DNA of 64,000 nucleotides from Candidatus Hydrogenedentota bacterium. GTDB lineage: Bacteria; Hydrogenedentota; Hydrogenedentia; Hydrogenedentales; JAEUWI01. The notes below the pieces were generated by a model. The model saw only the letters and a program-made list of their open reading frames with translations, searched no databases and was not told the origin of the DNA. A program made the translations under genes and the position numbers. Location: contig JAXMOL010000030.1 of the NCBI GenBank assembly GCA_034669905.1, forward strand, positions 1 to 64,000, read 5' to 3'. Positions 1-10,533 of this stretch are shown here, one piece after another (within the stretch, counting starts at the first letter, position 1; every line of letters begins with the position of its first letter).

Positions 1-1625
1 GTGCGGTGCATCCGTTGAATGGGCCGTTACTTCGCGGTCCACTCGTTACCCCACGTGGCCTTCTGCGCGAAGGCAGTCCTTGTGGGACGGTATCGCGCCA
101 GAGCAACGCAGATATTTCAGGCATACGTCGCGCCATCCCAGCCACTCCGCCGTTACACGCACCACGCCAACGCGCGTTCCTGTCCCGGTGGCCGTAGACA
201 AGCCCACTCAATGAACCCATCACAAGACTTAAGGTGAAACACCGCCCCTCTCCCATCGCCCATCTGAGAACGCGGGTGCCACCCTCAAACGGAGGAGCGC
301 AGCGGGGGAAGTTTGTGGGTGCCTTGAATGAGAACCGCCCTGCGGAGGAACGTCCCTGAGTCACGGTGTGCCACCACCCGACCCGTGCCGACCGGCCGCC
401 AGCGCTCCATAAGGTCGTCCCTCGCAATGGCAGGACTCCGTAGGGACTGCCGCGCCCCATGTCGTCTTGAACGTGGCGTGTCGGGATGGCCAGTCCGGTG
501 ACTTTCTTTGGCACTGGAAAACACCGACGGCGGAGGCTGTCCCGTCGTTGGTAGCGCAGGCCCTCCGCCAGCTTCGCCAACGACGGGACAGCCACGCCCG
601 TCTGCGTTTTCGTTATAAACCAGCGACACGATAGGTCCGTCATCGCTTTCATCGAATCGACGTCAAATGGGGCGAGACAGTCCCTGGTAGCATCCACGCT
701 CCATAGAGCCCACTTGTGGGACGGTATCGCGCCAGAGCAACGCAGATATTTCAGGCTTACGTCGCGCCATCCCGGCCACTCCGCCACTACGCGCGCCACG
801 CCAACGCGCGTTCCTGTCCCGGTGGCTGTAGGCAAGCCCGCGCTGTGGAGACACTGGAAATCCGCGATGGAAACACGCCAAGGGCGCAGACATTCGTGTC
901 TGCGATGACAGTAGCGTAGGCGCGACACGATTTCAGTCAGTCTCCCCAACACCCCGTCTCTTCACACAAGGAGCTTGGACACTATTGTCCGAGGCAAGGG
1001 GCACAGAAGAAAATGGCCGCACCCAACCCAGGAAAAGGGGCGAGCATCCCCAACACCTCGTCTCCCCATACTGCCGGGACAGCCTCGCGCATTCACGCGT
1101 GCGGTGCATCCGTTGAATGGGCCGTTACTTCGCGGTCCACTCGTTACCCCACGTGGCCTTCTGCGCGAAGGCAGTCCTTGTGGGACGGTATCGCGCCCGT
1201 GCAACGCAGGTATTCCAAGACGGCGTCGCACCATCCCAGCCACTCCACCATTACACCCGCCACTTCAACGCGCGTTCCTGTCCCGGTGCTGGGACTGTCC
1301 TCGACTTCGTCCCAGACGAAGTTCGGGACTGTACCGGTAGTACGCCACGACGGCAGGCCGCAACGTGTACGCACTCCCAGCCTGGTGGACGCCCTTCAGG
1401 GGGCACAGACAATCCTATCCGCGATAACGGTAGCGGATGCGTGATTTGACTCCCGTCCACCTCACCAAGCCCGGGTCTCCCCATACTACCGGTACAGCCT
1501 CGCGCATCTACGCTTGCCATTCATCCGTTGAATGGGCCGTTACTTCGCGGTCCACTCGTTACCCCACGTGGCCTTCAGCGCGAAGGCAGTCCCAGTGGGA
1601 CTGTCCCGCGCGAAGGCAGTCCCTT
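1..1625. repeat. Cluster of degenerate ~120-230 bp direct repeats (copies ~1-205, 713-839, 1061-1288, 1476-1593) interleaved with palindromic REP-like units
   Basis: A 55-bp core (catccgttgaatgggccg...cacgtggccttc) is identical at 9-63, 1107-1161 and 1522-1576; a second block (cttgtgggacggtatcgcgcc...ttcctgtcccggtg) recurs three times; no convincing CDS. Confidence 0.9.
535..593. repeat. 17-bp perfect inverted repeat
   Basis: ggctgtcccgtcgttgg (535-551) / ccaacgacgggacagcc (577-593). Confidence 0.85.
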
Positions 1626-1728
1626 GACCGGCGGGCCGTCGGCGCTCCATAGATTCGCTCCCCGCAGCGCGAACTTTGAGCGTAGATTCGGAATATAAAG
1701 CGGAGTATAATTTCGCAGCTCAAAATCA

Positions 1729-3351
1729 ATGCCCCGCTGGGGCACGGCAGAAAGGATGATCGATATGTGTAGTATTGAGACTTCGTTGGGGCCTTGGTCC
1801 ACCACCGCACGCCGACTGTTTGGCGCCGCGCTGTGGTGCCTTGTCGTGGTGGAGGGCGTCCCGGCCGCTGACCGCGAATGGATCGGCGGAAGCAATGGCT
1901 TCTGGCATGTGGACAGCAATTGGAGTGGCGGGACGGTTCCCACGCCGGAGGACAATGTCACGATTGACGGCGATGTGGTGGTGACCGTGTCTGACGCCCG
2001 TGTGCTGACGGGTAGTTTCACCCTGTCGGGCAATGCGTTGCTCCAGGTCGATGGTATGGAGGCCGTCTTTAACGCCAATGGACCGACGACGCTCGAGAAT
2101 GGTCGGCTGGCGGTCCTGGGGGGCGGTGAGGCCCAGCTTCCGAATCTCATCACCTACGTGTGGTCCCATTGTGCGGAGAACGCGCTGTTTCACGTTCAGG
2201 ACAGCGGTTCGCTCCTGGCATTGAATGGCCTCCAGACCCTCGAGGTGAACAGCCCCGACTGCACCGACCTGACCTCGACCCTTTTGGTGGCCGGCGGCGG
2301 CCAACTGGAACTGAAAAGTTTGGAACGTATCTCTGCGGAGCATGACCAGGAACTCATCCTGACCTTAACCACGGGGGGGACGGTATCCCTCTCGGCATTG
2401 ACCGAGGTGGACCACCTTTCCATCTTACTCACGTCGGACACGGCCCTTACGCTCCCCCTTCTCCGCGCGGCCACCGACAGCCAGATCACCGTCAATGAGG
2501 GTGCTCGTCTCTCTGCCATCCGTCTTGCCTCCCTCACCGGGTGCCTTGTATCCCTGGGAGGACTGGATGCCTTCGAGGTGCAACTGCTGACGAGCATGAC
2601 GGGCTGTCAGGTCTTCCTCAACAATACGGGTCGGTGGTCGCTCTCCCAACTTACTGAACTCCGCGATTCCTACCTGACCATAGGAGACGGAAGCGTCTTT
2701 TACGCTCCGGCCCTGGAGAGCATCTCCTTCGATGGGGACTATGGGGTTATTTCGACGACCGGCACCGGAACCCTGTCGGCCGCCCAATTAACTACGCTGA
2801 CCAATATGGCCTTTGTGGCCACCGGCGGCTCCATGGTCCAACTACCGAGCGTTACCTCGCTGCATTGGAATCTTTGCGAAGGCGTGGCACTCTTCTCCAC
2901 GTCTGGCGCCGACACGCTCCTTAATTTCTCCGGGTTGCGCACCCTCACGATTGCTACTTCGGGGTGCACCGGCCAGGCCTTTTCGACGACGGCCATCCAG
3001 GGGTCGCAGATCGACCTGAGTGGCCTTACGCAGATGACGGCCCCGACCGGGCAGCGCGTGACCTTCTTCGCGGCCGACAATGGCACGGAGATTGACGTGA
3101 GCGCCCTGAGCAATTATGACGCCACCATTGTAAGTTTTTTCGAACTCAATGGAGGGCGCATTCTGCGCGGCGACTCCACCGGCGGTGAGGGAGAAGGCGA
3201 AGGGGAAGGGGAAGGGGAAGGGGAAAGCCCCCAAGGTTGCCCGGCACCAACGAAGGCAGGGGCCACGACGTCGGCCACCCTGCTGGGAGACGGGTTGATT
3301 GCGGCCCTTCTGCTTTCGGCCCTGGGTATTCGGCGAAAAACCCGAATGTAA
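1729..3351 (+). CDS. Exported surface protein with Leu-rich/beta-solenoid-like repeats, (GE)n linker and C-terminal membrane anchor
   Basis: 540-aa ORF (true start may be slightly downstream); signal-like hydrophobic segment; W-x-G-x-x-x-G-x-W...NWS-GG-x-VP N-terminus; repeated L-x-L-x-x-L-x-x-L units; GEGEGEGEGEGEGE then GC...GD-hydrophobic-RRK tail. Confidence 0.8.
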   Translation: MPRWGTAERMIDMCSIETSLGPWSTTARRLFGAALWCLVVVEGVPAADREWIGGSNGFWHVDSNWSGGTVPTPEDNVTIDGDVVVTVSDARVLTGSFTLSGNALLQVDGMEAVFNANGPTTLENGRLAVLGGGEAQLPNLITYVWSHCAENALFHVQDSGSLLALNGLQTLEVNSPDCTDLTSTLLVAGGGQLELKSLERISAEHDQELILTLTTGGTVSLSALTEVDHLSILLTSDTALTLPLLRAATDSQITVNEGARLSAIRLASLTGCLVSLGGLDAFEVQLLTSMTGCQVFLNNTGRWSLSQLTELRDSYLTIGDGSVFYAPALESISFDGDYGVISTTGTGTLSAAQLTTLTNMAFVATGGSMVQLPSVTSLHWNLCEGVALFSTSGADTLLNFSGLRTLTIATSGCTGQAFSTTAIQGSQIDLSGLTQMTAPTGQRVTFFAADNGTEIDVSALSNYDATIVSFFELNGGRILRGDSTGGEGEGEGEGEGEGESPQGCPAPTKAGATTSATLLGDGLIAALLLSALGIRRKTRM

Positions 3352-3370
3352 TAGCGCAAAGGGATATCGA

Positions 3371-3408
3371 AAAACGGACCACTCCAACCGGGTGGTCCGT
3401 TTCTTTTT
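3371..3408. terminator. Intrinsic terminator between convergent genes, possibly bidirectional
   Basis: aaacggaccac / gtggtccgttt stem with flanking A- and T-tracts. Confidence 0.7.
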
Positions 3409-3430
3409 GTTGTTCTTCTAAAGACGGGCG

Positions 3431-4417
3431 CTATTTCACGGCATCCCGTCGGGCTTTTAGCTCCCGCCAGGTAGTCAGAATAATCCCTTCATCCTTCACC
3501 AGCTGGATCACTTCGGGATCGACCATGACATCGTAGTCAGCCTGACGCGTCGCACCGGAGGACGAAATGGCGTCAAAGTGGTCATCCCGGAGCGTGCAGT
3601 GGACGATCAGCTCGGTCACGCCGGGCTTCAGTTCGCGGATGGTTTCCATGAACATGCGCTTTTTCTCATCATGGGTCTTCCAACTGTACGAGACACCGGT
3701 GGCGTCGTCCAGGACGGGAAGTCCGGCATTCCAAACCTTTTCATGGAGGCCGTCCGCCGTCAGTATTTTCGCGAGGCCCCCTTCATACTTGTTGCTCAGG
3801 TAACCGTTGGGTCCGGTGATGAGAATGGGGATTTGATATTCGATACCGACCGTTACATAGCGCTCGAAGAACGCGGGGTTGGCGAAGAGCGTCCCCATGT
3901 GGGAATCGAGGTGGGTGACCGGCATGCCCATGGCCAGGGCCTTGTCTATTTGGGCCCGTATCTCTTTTTCTACGTCGTCCGCGGTGCCATGTTGAATGAC
4001 ATCACGCACACCATCCCACAGGCAACCCTGCTCATCCACCAAGGACGGCACGGCAGGCTTCCCGGCCACGGGCCCCCACCGGTAATGGTCCCATTCCGAC
4101 GTGAGGGTGAGATGAAGCCCGTTGTCCACCTCCGGATTTTCTTTCAGGTAAGCCAGCCATCCCGGCACCCAGGGGCAGGGCATCATGGTGCTCACCGAGG
4201 TGACCAAACCGCCTTCGATGGCCTTGGCCGTACCCTTATTACCCTCCAGACACATGCCGAGATCGTCGCTGTGAAACATGACTACCCGGGCACCCTCGGG
4301 CCAACCCAAGCGTTCGGCATAGGTTTTCTCCGCCGCGACAGCAGGCCCCTGAAACAACAAACACGCGCCCAACAGGACACCCAACCCCCGCAATCCAACG
4401 TTTTTCATAACAACCAA
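3431..4417 (-). CDS. YdjC/ChbG-family carbohydrate deacetylase, exported
   Basis: HSDDLGM, GLHLTLTSEW and THLDSHMG motifs; signal peptide (probable start 4408). Confidence 0.85.
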   Translation of the reverse strand: MVVMKNVGLRGLGVLLGACLLFQGPAVAAEKTYAERLGWPEGARVVMFHSDDLGMCLEGNKGTAKAIEGGLVTSVSTMMPCPWVPGWLAYLKENPEVDNGLHLTLTSEWDHYRWGPVAGKPAVPSLVDEQGCLWDGVRDVIQHGTADDVEKEIRAQIDKALAMGMPVTHLDSHMGTLFANPAFFERYVTVGIEYQIPILITGPNGYLSNKYEGGLAKILTADGLHEKVWNAGLPVLDDATGVSYSWKTHDEKKRMFMETIRELKPGVTELIVHCTLRDDHFDAISSSGATRQADYDVMVDPEVIQLVKDEGIILTTWRELKARRDAVK

Positions 4418-4631
4418 TCTCCGTAGTTATTCGGCTTTCCATTGAGTCCGACTCCGCTTCGACTTCAGTATAGCAACAGCGCCATCGATAGCACAGCCTC
4501 GCCGCCGCGATCTACCTGTAGTGAGCTCCATTCCCATAACCACAACCGCTAGTCACATCATCCCGCTAGTACAGCATTTCTCCGCTTACACTCTTCCATT
4601 TCTTATGTTTTCTAATTAAATATATGAATGC

Positions 4632-4660
4632 TTGACAAACAATAAAGTCTCTTGTATAAC
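4632..4660 (+). promoter_or_regulatory. Sigma70-type promoter for the DUF1559-like gene
   Basis: TTGACA (4632-4637), 17-bp spacer, TATAAC (4655-4660), with an AT-rich upstream region. Confidence 0.75.
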
Positions 4661-4865
4661 GAAGCTCGGTTTAGTTTGGGGAGCGGCAAGCTTTCGTACA
4701 GGGACTGCAGTGGGATGAGGATCCCGTCCTTTCAATTCGTTTACCCCTCCCCTGCTGGATCCGTGTGGCACCGAATCGAAAGGAGGCGGCCTTTAAGTTT
4801 ACCCACCGGTGCGTTTGTAGTCTTTCTTTGTATTATTACTTTACTATTTAAGAAAGGATTTACAA

Positions 4866-5906
4866 ATGAGTAGCAGAAGCAATCTTCAAGGGAAGCGGGG
4901 ATTCACACTGATTGAATTGCTCGTCGTCATCGCAATTATCGGTATTCTTGCGGCGATCCTCCTTCCAGCACTTGCACGGGCCCGTGAAGCTGCACGGCGT
5001 GCCAGTTGCCAGAACAATCTCAAGCAACACGGTGTCATCTTCAAAATGTTTGCAAACGAAAGCTCGGGCGAACGTTTCCCCCGGCGCGGCACGCGTTTCT
5101 GGAAAACATACGACGATGCGTCGGTCACCGGCGGTGCGGACCTGGAACGTGCCTATGAGCTCGAAGAACTCTATCCCGAATACCTGACCGACCTGCATGT
5201 ACAGTTTTGTCCATCGGATGCCGACTACGGCAAGTCCCAGATTCCTGATTTCGCCTGGGCTCCCAATGGCCTCAAGCTGCACCGCACCATCGGCGCTGGC
5301 TGGGACACGTCGGACGATCCGTACATGAAGAACAAGGTATTCTCTGGAACGGCCAGTGACTACTGCGATCCTTCGGTGTACGATCCGGCCACCGAATGCT
5401 ACTACCACGGTGGCTATTGGTCTTACAATTACTGGGGCTATCTCATTGATGGCAGCTGGTTCAACACGCCCGCCGACTATGCGTGGGTATTTGCGAACAA
5501 TGCAACCATCGGCGCACCAGAGGCGTTGGACCAACGTCAGGCCTCCATGACCGCTGGACGTGGGCACGTCAAGAATCGTGAAAAGGATGCGAATTTCACC
5601 ATGCCTTCTTCCGGTGAAAACGTGACGGCCATGTACATGCGTGAAGGCATCGAACGCTTCACCATTACGGACATCAACAATCCGGCTGCCAGCGCCCGTG
5701 CCCAGTCGGAAGCGGCCGTCATGTGGGATAACTCCTACACCGCCGATGGTGCGGTGGGCGACAACTTCAATCACGTTCCCGGTGGTGCCAATGTACTCTA
5801 CATGGATGGGCACGTGGAGTTTGCGAAGTTCCCGCAGCCGGCAGGCAGCAAGGCCTACATGATGACCTCCGAAGCCCACCAGGACGGCAACGCCTTCGGA
5901 CCGTGA
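4866..5906 (+). CDS. Prepilin-type N-terminal cleavage/methylation protein with DUF1559-like region and H-X9-DG-type C-terminus
   Basis: [46 protein letters not shown]-terminal [18 protein letters not shown]. Confidence 0.92.
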   Translation: MSSRSNLQGKRGFTLIELLVVIAIIGILAAILLPALARAREAARRASCQNNLKQHGVIFKMFANESSGERFPRRGTRFWKTYDDASVTGGADLERAYELEELYPEYLTDLHVQFCPSDADYGKSQIPDFAWAPNGLKLHRTIGAGWDTSDDPYMKNKVFSGTASDYCDPSVYDPATECYYHGGYWSYNYWGYLIDGSWFNTPADYAWVFANNATIGAPEALDQRQASMTAGRGHVKNREKDANFTMPSSGENVTAMYMREGIERFTITDINNPAASARAQSEAAVMWDNSYTADGAVGDNFNHVPGGANVLYMDGHVEFAKFPQPAGSKAYMMTSEAHQDGNAFGP

Positions 5907-6049
5907 TCAACAGTACGAAGTCGAGGCTTAGCACCACTTACTAACGTGTAAGCAGATACTGCCGGGAGTGCCTGGATAGGCACTTCCGGTATTCCGTCCA
6001 ATCGAAACCGGTGACACGCCGCACCGACTTTCCAGAAGGATCTTCTTTT

Positions 6050-6430
6050 ATGCGGGTACATCTGACATTGATCACGCTTTTCTGCACCCTTGCACTGCTC
6101 TCTGGCTGCGGTGGCAAGTCCATTCCGGAAGATCCCGGAATCCCCGAAGGTACCGACTTGCGAGATAATTTCAACCAGGCCATTCTCGATGAAAATGAAA
6201 AAGCGGTCACGGAATTGCTAGCCGCCCAACCGCTCCTGGCGACGGCACCCCACCCCCTGAGTGGGCAATGGCCTATCCACACGGCGGTACGGGTGAACAA
6301 TGAAGCCATCGTAAAACTACTCTTGGATAATGGCGCCGATCCCTTCGTGCTGAATGACGAAGGCGAAACGGCCGAAGATGTGGCCCGAAACGCGGGTTCG
6401 GGGGAGGCCGTACTGGCACTCCTCCAATAG
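6050..6430 (+). CDS. Ankyrin-repeat lipoprotein
   Basis: Lipobox LLSGC; GQWPIHTAV...IVKLLLDNGADP ankyrin motif. Confidence 0.8.
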   Translation: MRVHLTLITLFCTLALLSGCGGKSIPEDPGIPEGTDLRDNFNQAILDENEKAVTELLAAQPLLATAPHPLSGQWPIHTAVRVNNEAIVKLLLDNGADPFVLNDEGETAEDVARNAGSGEAVLALLQ

Positions 6431-6448
6431 TCTGTTCGTGCCTGCAGG

Positions 6449-8590
6449 TCAGTGAACGAGACCGGCCAGGGTATTCTTCGCAACATTGACGACGTAACCC
6501 CAATTATCGCGGGTTGCCTCTTCCAAGGCAGCCCGCGCGTGTTCCGCAGCCTCTCCTACATCCCGCCATGCGATGACGGCAAAAAGTCGCACACTCTGCG
6601 AGGAGTCCGTCAGCGCCCGCACCAGCTCGAACACCGCTGCCTCGTTCTTTCCTTCTGACCAATCCACCACCGCGTGCGCGGCGGCCACCCGCACCACGGC
6701 GCTGGGATCCGCCAGACATGCTTCAAAGGATGTTGTCCACGACGGCGTGCGCCGCTCCGGGGACACCCATCGATGGAGCAGAACCAGGGCCCAATACCGC
6801 ATGGCCGCCTCCGGGTGCTTCAACGTATTGAGATAAAATTCCACGGAATCATCGGCCTCGAAGTCCCGGCCACGCAATGCCCTGAGTTCGGCCAAGAGCG
6901 TTTCGTGTTGCTCCCGATCTACCGGATGAGAGGCCACGTTGCCTTCGGGTGGCGCGTATCGCGCCCCCGGGTCAATCGTCACTTCGGCGCTGTCCTTGAA
7001 TCCAATACGGTGGCCACGGGCCTGCAGCACCATCCCATCTTCTAGCGGAAGGGGGTTAGCGTAGAGATGCCAGGCCCCGACAGGCTCCTTTTCCCAACGG
7101 TAGGTGATAGAGGCCCCCGGGGTGGCCGATTCCAGGTGCAACCGTCCATCCTGAATGCGGGCAACTGGCGGGGCTGTAACCATCACGCCGTTCTGTTCGC
7201 GCCACCCATCCATCTCGGGTTCCGGAATCAGCCCTACGTCGTGGGTCGCTGCCATCCAGGCTTCATGGGCGCCACGCAGCCGAAGGAGGTCCGCGCGATA
7301 GGCCGGGTCATGGACCAGGTTGTTGAGTTCATGGGGATCAGCCTCTACGTCGTACAGCTCTTCCAGGGGCTTTCGCTCGGCAAACCAGCGTGCCTGCGCC
7401 GGCGTCAGCTTCCCCTCCCTATGCAATTGACGCAGGTCCTGTAACATGGGCATCTCGTTCATATAGTCGATGTCCTGGGCGTAGGTCACGTAGGGCATAT
7501 AGTTGCGAAAATAGCGAAAGCGCTGGTCCCGCACGGTACGTATCAGGTCGTAGGCTTCATCCATACGATCCCGGGCACCGTAGATATAATCGCGGGCGGG
7601 CGCGGCCGCCGCACCGAGAAAGGGCTGGCCCTGCAGGTGCGCCGGTATGGGAAGGTTGGCCAAGGAAAGCAGGGTCGGTGCAAAGTCGAGGAAACATACG
7701 AGGTCATCATTGACCCCCGGTGCGAGTCGCTCCGGCGCTTTCGGCAAGGCATGGGCCCGCCACTTTTCCGGCACGTGAATCAGCAGGGGAACCCGGGTAC
7801 CTGATTCATAGAGCCAGCGCTTCCCCCGGGTGAGCCCCCGACCATGGTCGCCCCAGAACCAGACGATGGTATCCTCCGCGAGCCCATCGGCTTCAAGTTG
7901 GCGCAGGGTCTCCCCCACCTGCCGGTCCATGAGGGTGATGATGTCGTAATACTGGGCCCAGTCCCGGCGCGTTGCCGGGGTATCGGCATGATAGGGCGGC
8001 ACGGGGGCTTCAGCGGGGTCATGGCGGTCTGACCCGAGGGCCTCAATTTCCGCCAGCCGCTTCGGGTCCCGACTCCGCACCTGGCTCTCGTGGCATACCG
8101 TGAAATTCATGACCGAAAAGAAGGGGGCGCCCGCCGGCCGATTGCGCCAGTGGGCCTTGCCGTTGCTTTCGTCCCACGCGCTCGCGGGGGGCGAAAACTG
8201 ATAATCGGTCTTCCGGTTGTTCGTGCAATAGTAGCCCGCCGCCCGCAGGTATTCGGTAAAGCACTTCACCCCTGCCGGCGGAACGCCCTTACACCGCATG
8301 TGGTGGGTGCCGATGCTCGTGGGGTACATACCGGTAATGATGCCCGAGCGGGTGGGTGCACAGACCCCCGAATGGGAATAGGCCCGGTCGTAGCGGACCG
8401 CCTTCTCTGCGAAGGCATCGATGTGGGGCGTCGTGGCATAGCTATCCCCATAACAGCCGAGGTCGGGGCTGATATCTTCGGCACTGATCCACAGGATGTT
8501 GGGCCCCTTCTCTTGTGCGGCAACGGTTTTTGCCGCTGTGAGCAGGGCCAGGGAGGCGAGACCGGTTTTCAGAAAGCTTCGACGGCGCAT
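6449..8590 (-). CDS. Tat-exported sulfatase with C-terminal HEAT-like repeats
   Basis: MRRRSFLK Tat motif; PNILWISAED, CAPTR, GDHG, EELYD; HEAT-like tail (ORF track start 8662). Confidence 0.9.
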   Translation of the reverse strand: MRRRSFLKTGLASLALLTAAKTVAAQEKGPNILWISAEDISPDLGCYGDSYATTPHIDAFAEKAVRYDRAYSHSGVCAPTRSGIITGMYPTSIGTHHMRCKGVPPAGVKCFTEYLRAAGYYCTNNRKTDYQFSPPASAWDESNGKAHWRNRPAGAPFFSVMNFTVCHESQVRSRDPKRLAEIEALGSDRHDPAEAPVPPYHADTPATRRDWAQYYDIITLMDRQVGETLRQLEADGLAEDTIVWFWGDHGRGLTRGKRWLYESGTRVPLLIHVPEKWRAHALPKAPERLAPGVNDDLVCFLDFAPTLLSLANLPIPAHLQGQPFLGAAAAPARDYIYGARDRMDEAYDLIRTVRDQRFRYFRNYMPYVTYAQDIDYMNEMPMLQDLRQLHREGKLTPAQARWFAERKPLEELYDVEADPHELNNLVHDPAYRADLLRLRGAHEAWMAATHDVGLIPEPEMDGWREQNGVMVTAPPVARIQDGRLHLESATPGASITYRWEKEPVGAWHLYANPLPLEDGMVLQARGHRIGFKDSAEVTIDPGARYAPPEGNVASHPVDREQHETLLAELRALRGRDFEADDSVEFYLNTLKHPEAAMRYWALVLLHRWVSPERRTPSWTTSFEACLADPSAVVRVAAAHAVVDWSEGKNEAAVFELVRALTDSSQSVRLFAVIAWRDVGEAAEHARAALEEATRDNWGYVVNVAKNTLAGLVH

Positions 8591-8757
8591 AGTGACATTC
8601 TCTCCAGGTTGGTGCCTGACACACGATACGAAAGCCCGTCGCAGGTTGCAAGCAGTTTCCATTCTAAATTCCTCGTTCCCACGTGCTACTATACCCCGCG
8701 CGGTTTACGGGGGGGCATCCCCGCCGCTGAGAGAGCAACAAAACCCCACAGGATAGT

Positions 8758-10227
8758 TTGATGAAAGACGTGTATCGTTTCTTGGCCTTTGATTTGGGTG
8801 CAGAGAGTGGCCGTGCTGTATTGGGAACCCTTCAAGACGGGAAAATCGGATTGGAAGAAATCCACCGCTTCCGGACGGAGGGTCTGGTCATGCTGGGCCG
8901 TCGCCAATGGGACCTGGCCCGTATCTACGAGGAAATGATTACCGCCCTCTCCACCTGTGCCCGGGAACACACCCGCGATATCGACGCCATCGCCATCGAT
9001 ACCTGGGGCGTGGATTTTGGCCTGCTGGACAGTGAAGGCCACGTCCTCGCCAATCCCGTCCACTATCGCGACAAGCGGACCGAGGGCATGTTTGACGCGG
9101 CCTACGCCAAGGTGCCGAAGGAAGAAATCTATCATGCCACGGGGATCCAGTTTCTCCCCTTTAATACGAGTTTTCAGTTACTTTCCCTGGTGGAGGCAAA
9201 ATCGCCCCAGCTCGCCGCCGCGAAAGACTTGCTCCTCATGGGCGACCTCCTGGCCTACCTGCTCTGCGGGACCAAGGCCTGTGAATACACCAATGCCTCG
9301 ACCACCCAGCTCCTCGACCCCCACACCCGCACGTGGAATGATGACCTCATCGCGCGGCTGGGTATCCCCCGGGAGATTCTTTCAGAGCCGGTTGCCCCGG
9401 GAACCAACCTGGGCAAGCTGCTGCCAGAAGTCGCCGAACTCACGGGCATGAACCCCAACACCCCCGTCATCGCACCGGGCACCCACGACACAGCGTCGGC
9501 GGTGGTGGCGGTGCCTGTCGCAGGTGAAACGACCAACTGGTCCTACCTTTCCAGCGGCACGTGGTCCCTCCTCGGTGCGGAACTCGACGAGCCCTGCATC
9601 ACCGATGCGAGTATGGCCCAGGACTTCACCAACGAAGGTGGGGTCGGCGGCAAGATACGTTTCCTGAAAAACATCTTCGGGCTGTGGCTCGTGCAGGAGT
9701 GTCGGCGCACGTGGGAACGACAGGAAGGCTCGACCCTCAATTACAGCGCCATCACCCAGGATGCCGCCGAGAGCGAAGCCTTCCGCTCCATCATCAACCT
9801 CGACGATCCCCGTCTCTTTGCGCCGGACGATATGCCCCGGCTCATCCAGGAAATCTGTAAGGAGACCGGCCAGCCCATCCCGGAAACCCATGGTCAGATT
9901 ATCCGCTGCGCCCTGGAAAGCCTGGCCATTAAATACCGCCAGACCCTCCAGGCGCTGGACGAAACCCTGGGACGCAAGACGGAAGTGCTCCACATCATTG
10001 GTGGCGGCACGCAGAACAAGCTGCTGAACCAGATGACCGCCGACGCCTGTGGCATCCCCGTCGTTACGGGTCCCATCGAGGCGACGGTACTGGGCAACAT
10101 TGGCGTGCAGGCCATGGCCGTAGGCGCGCTGGATAGTTTGGCAGCGGTGAGGAAAGTAATTGGGGACAGTTTTACCCTCAATCACTACACGCCGAAGAAT
10201 ACGGAAAAGTGGGCGACGTTTAAGTAG
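8758..10227 (+). CDS. rhaB: Rhamnulokinase / FGGY-family sugar kinase
   Basis: AFDLGAESGR, IDTWGVDF, THDTASA, SSGTWSLLG, FTNEGG motifs. Confidence 0.85.
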   Translation: MMKDVYRFLAFDLGAESGRAVLGTLQDGKIGLEEIHRFRTEGLVMLGRRQWDLARIYEEMITALSTCAREHTRDIDAIAIDTWGVDFGLLDSEGHVLANPVHYRDKRTEGMFDAAYAKVPKEEIYHATGIQFLPFNTSFQLLSLVEAKSPQLAAAKDLLLMGDLLAYLLCGTKACEYTNASTTQLLDPHTRTWNDDLIARLGIPREILSEPVAPGTNLGKLLPEVAELTGMNPNTPVIAPGTHDTASAVVAVPVAGETTNWSYLSSGTWSLLGAELDEPCITDASMAQDFTNEGGVGGKIRFLKNIFGLWLVQECRRTWERQEGSTLNYSAITQDAAESEAFRSIINLDDPRLFAPDDMPRLIQEICKETGQPIPETHGQIIRCALESLAIKYRQTLQALDETLGRKTEVLHIIGGGTQNKLLNQMTADACGIPVVTGPIEATVLGNIGVQAMAVGALDSLAAVRKVIGDSFTLNHYTPKNTEKWATFK

Positions 10228-10533
10228 GGATTGGTATCCCCCTCCCAGCATACGCAAATTACAGGTTTGGCGTTTTCGTGCGCACTCACACCCGTAAAGC
10301 CGCTCGTGCCTCCCCTCTGTAAGGGTCCACGACGCGCCTTAGGTGGGTGGCACCCTACCTGTATGCATTGTGACGTTTGCTGTGGATGGGCTCAGAATGG
10401 GCGTGTCGATTTCCGACACGACGTACTGCCGGTACAGCCTCGCGCGTTGGGGCGGGCGAGCACACTGCGTAGCGCATGCTGAAGCCAGAGTCCACGTTGC
10501 AGGCGATGGTCGACTTTCGCGCCGAGGCAGTCC

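Noticed and set aside
1..1625. CRISPR array or repeated small CDSs
   Set aside because: Units are long, degenerate and irregularly spaced, with no cas genes; the recurring ORFs simply translate the DNA repeat
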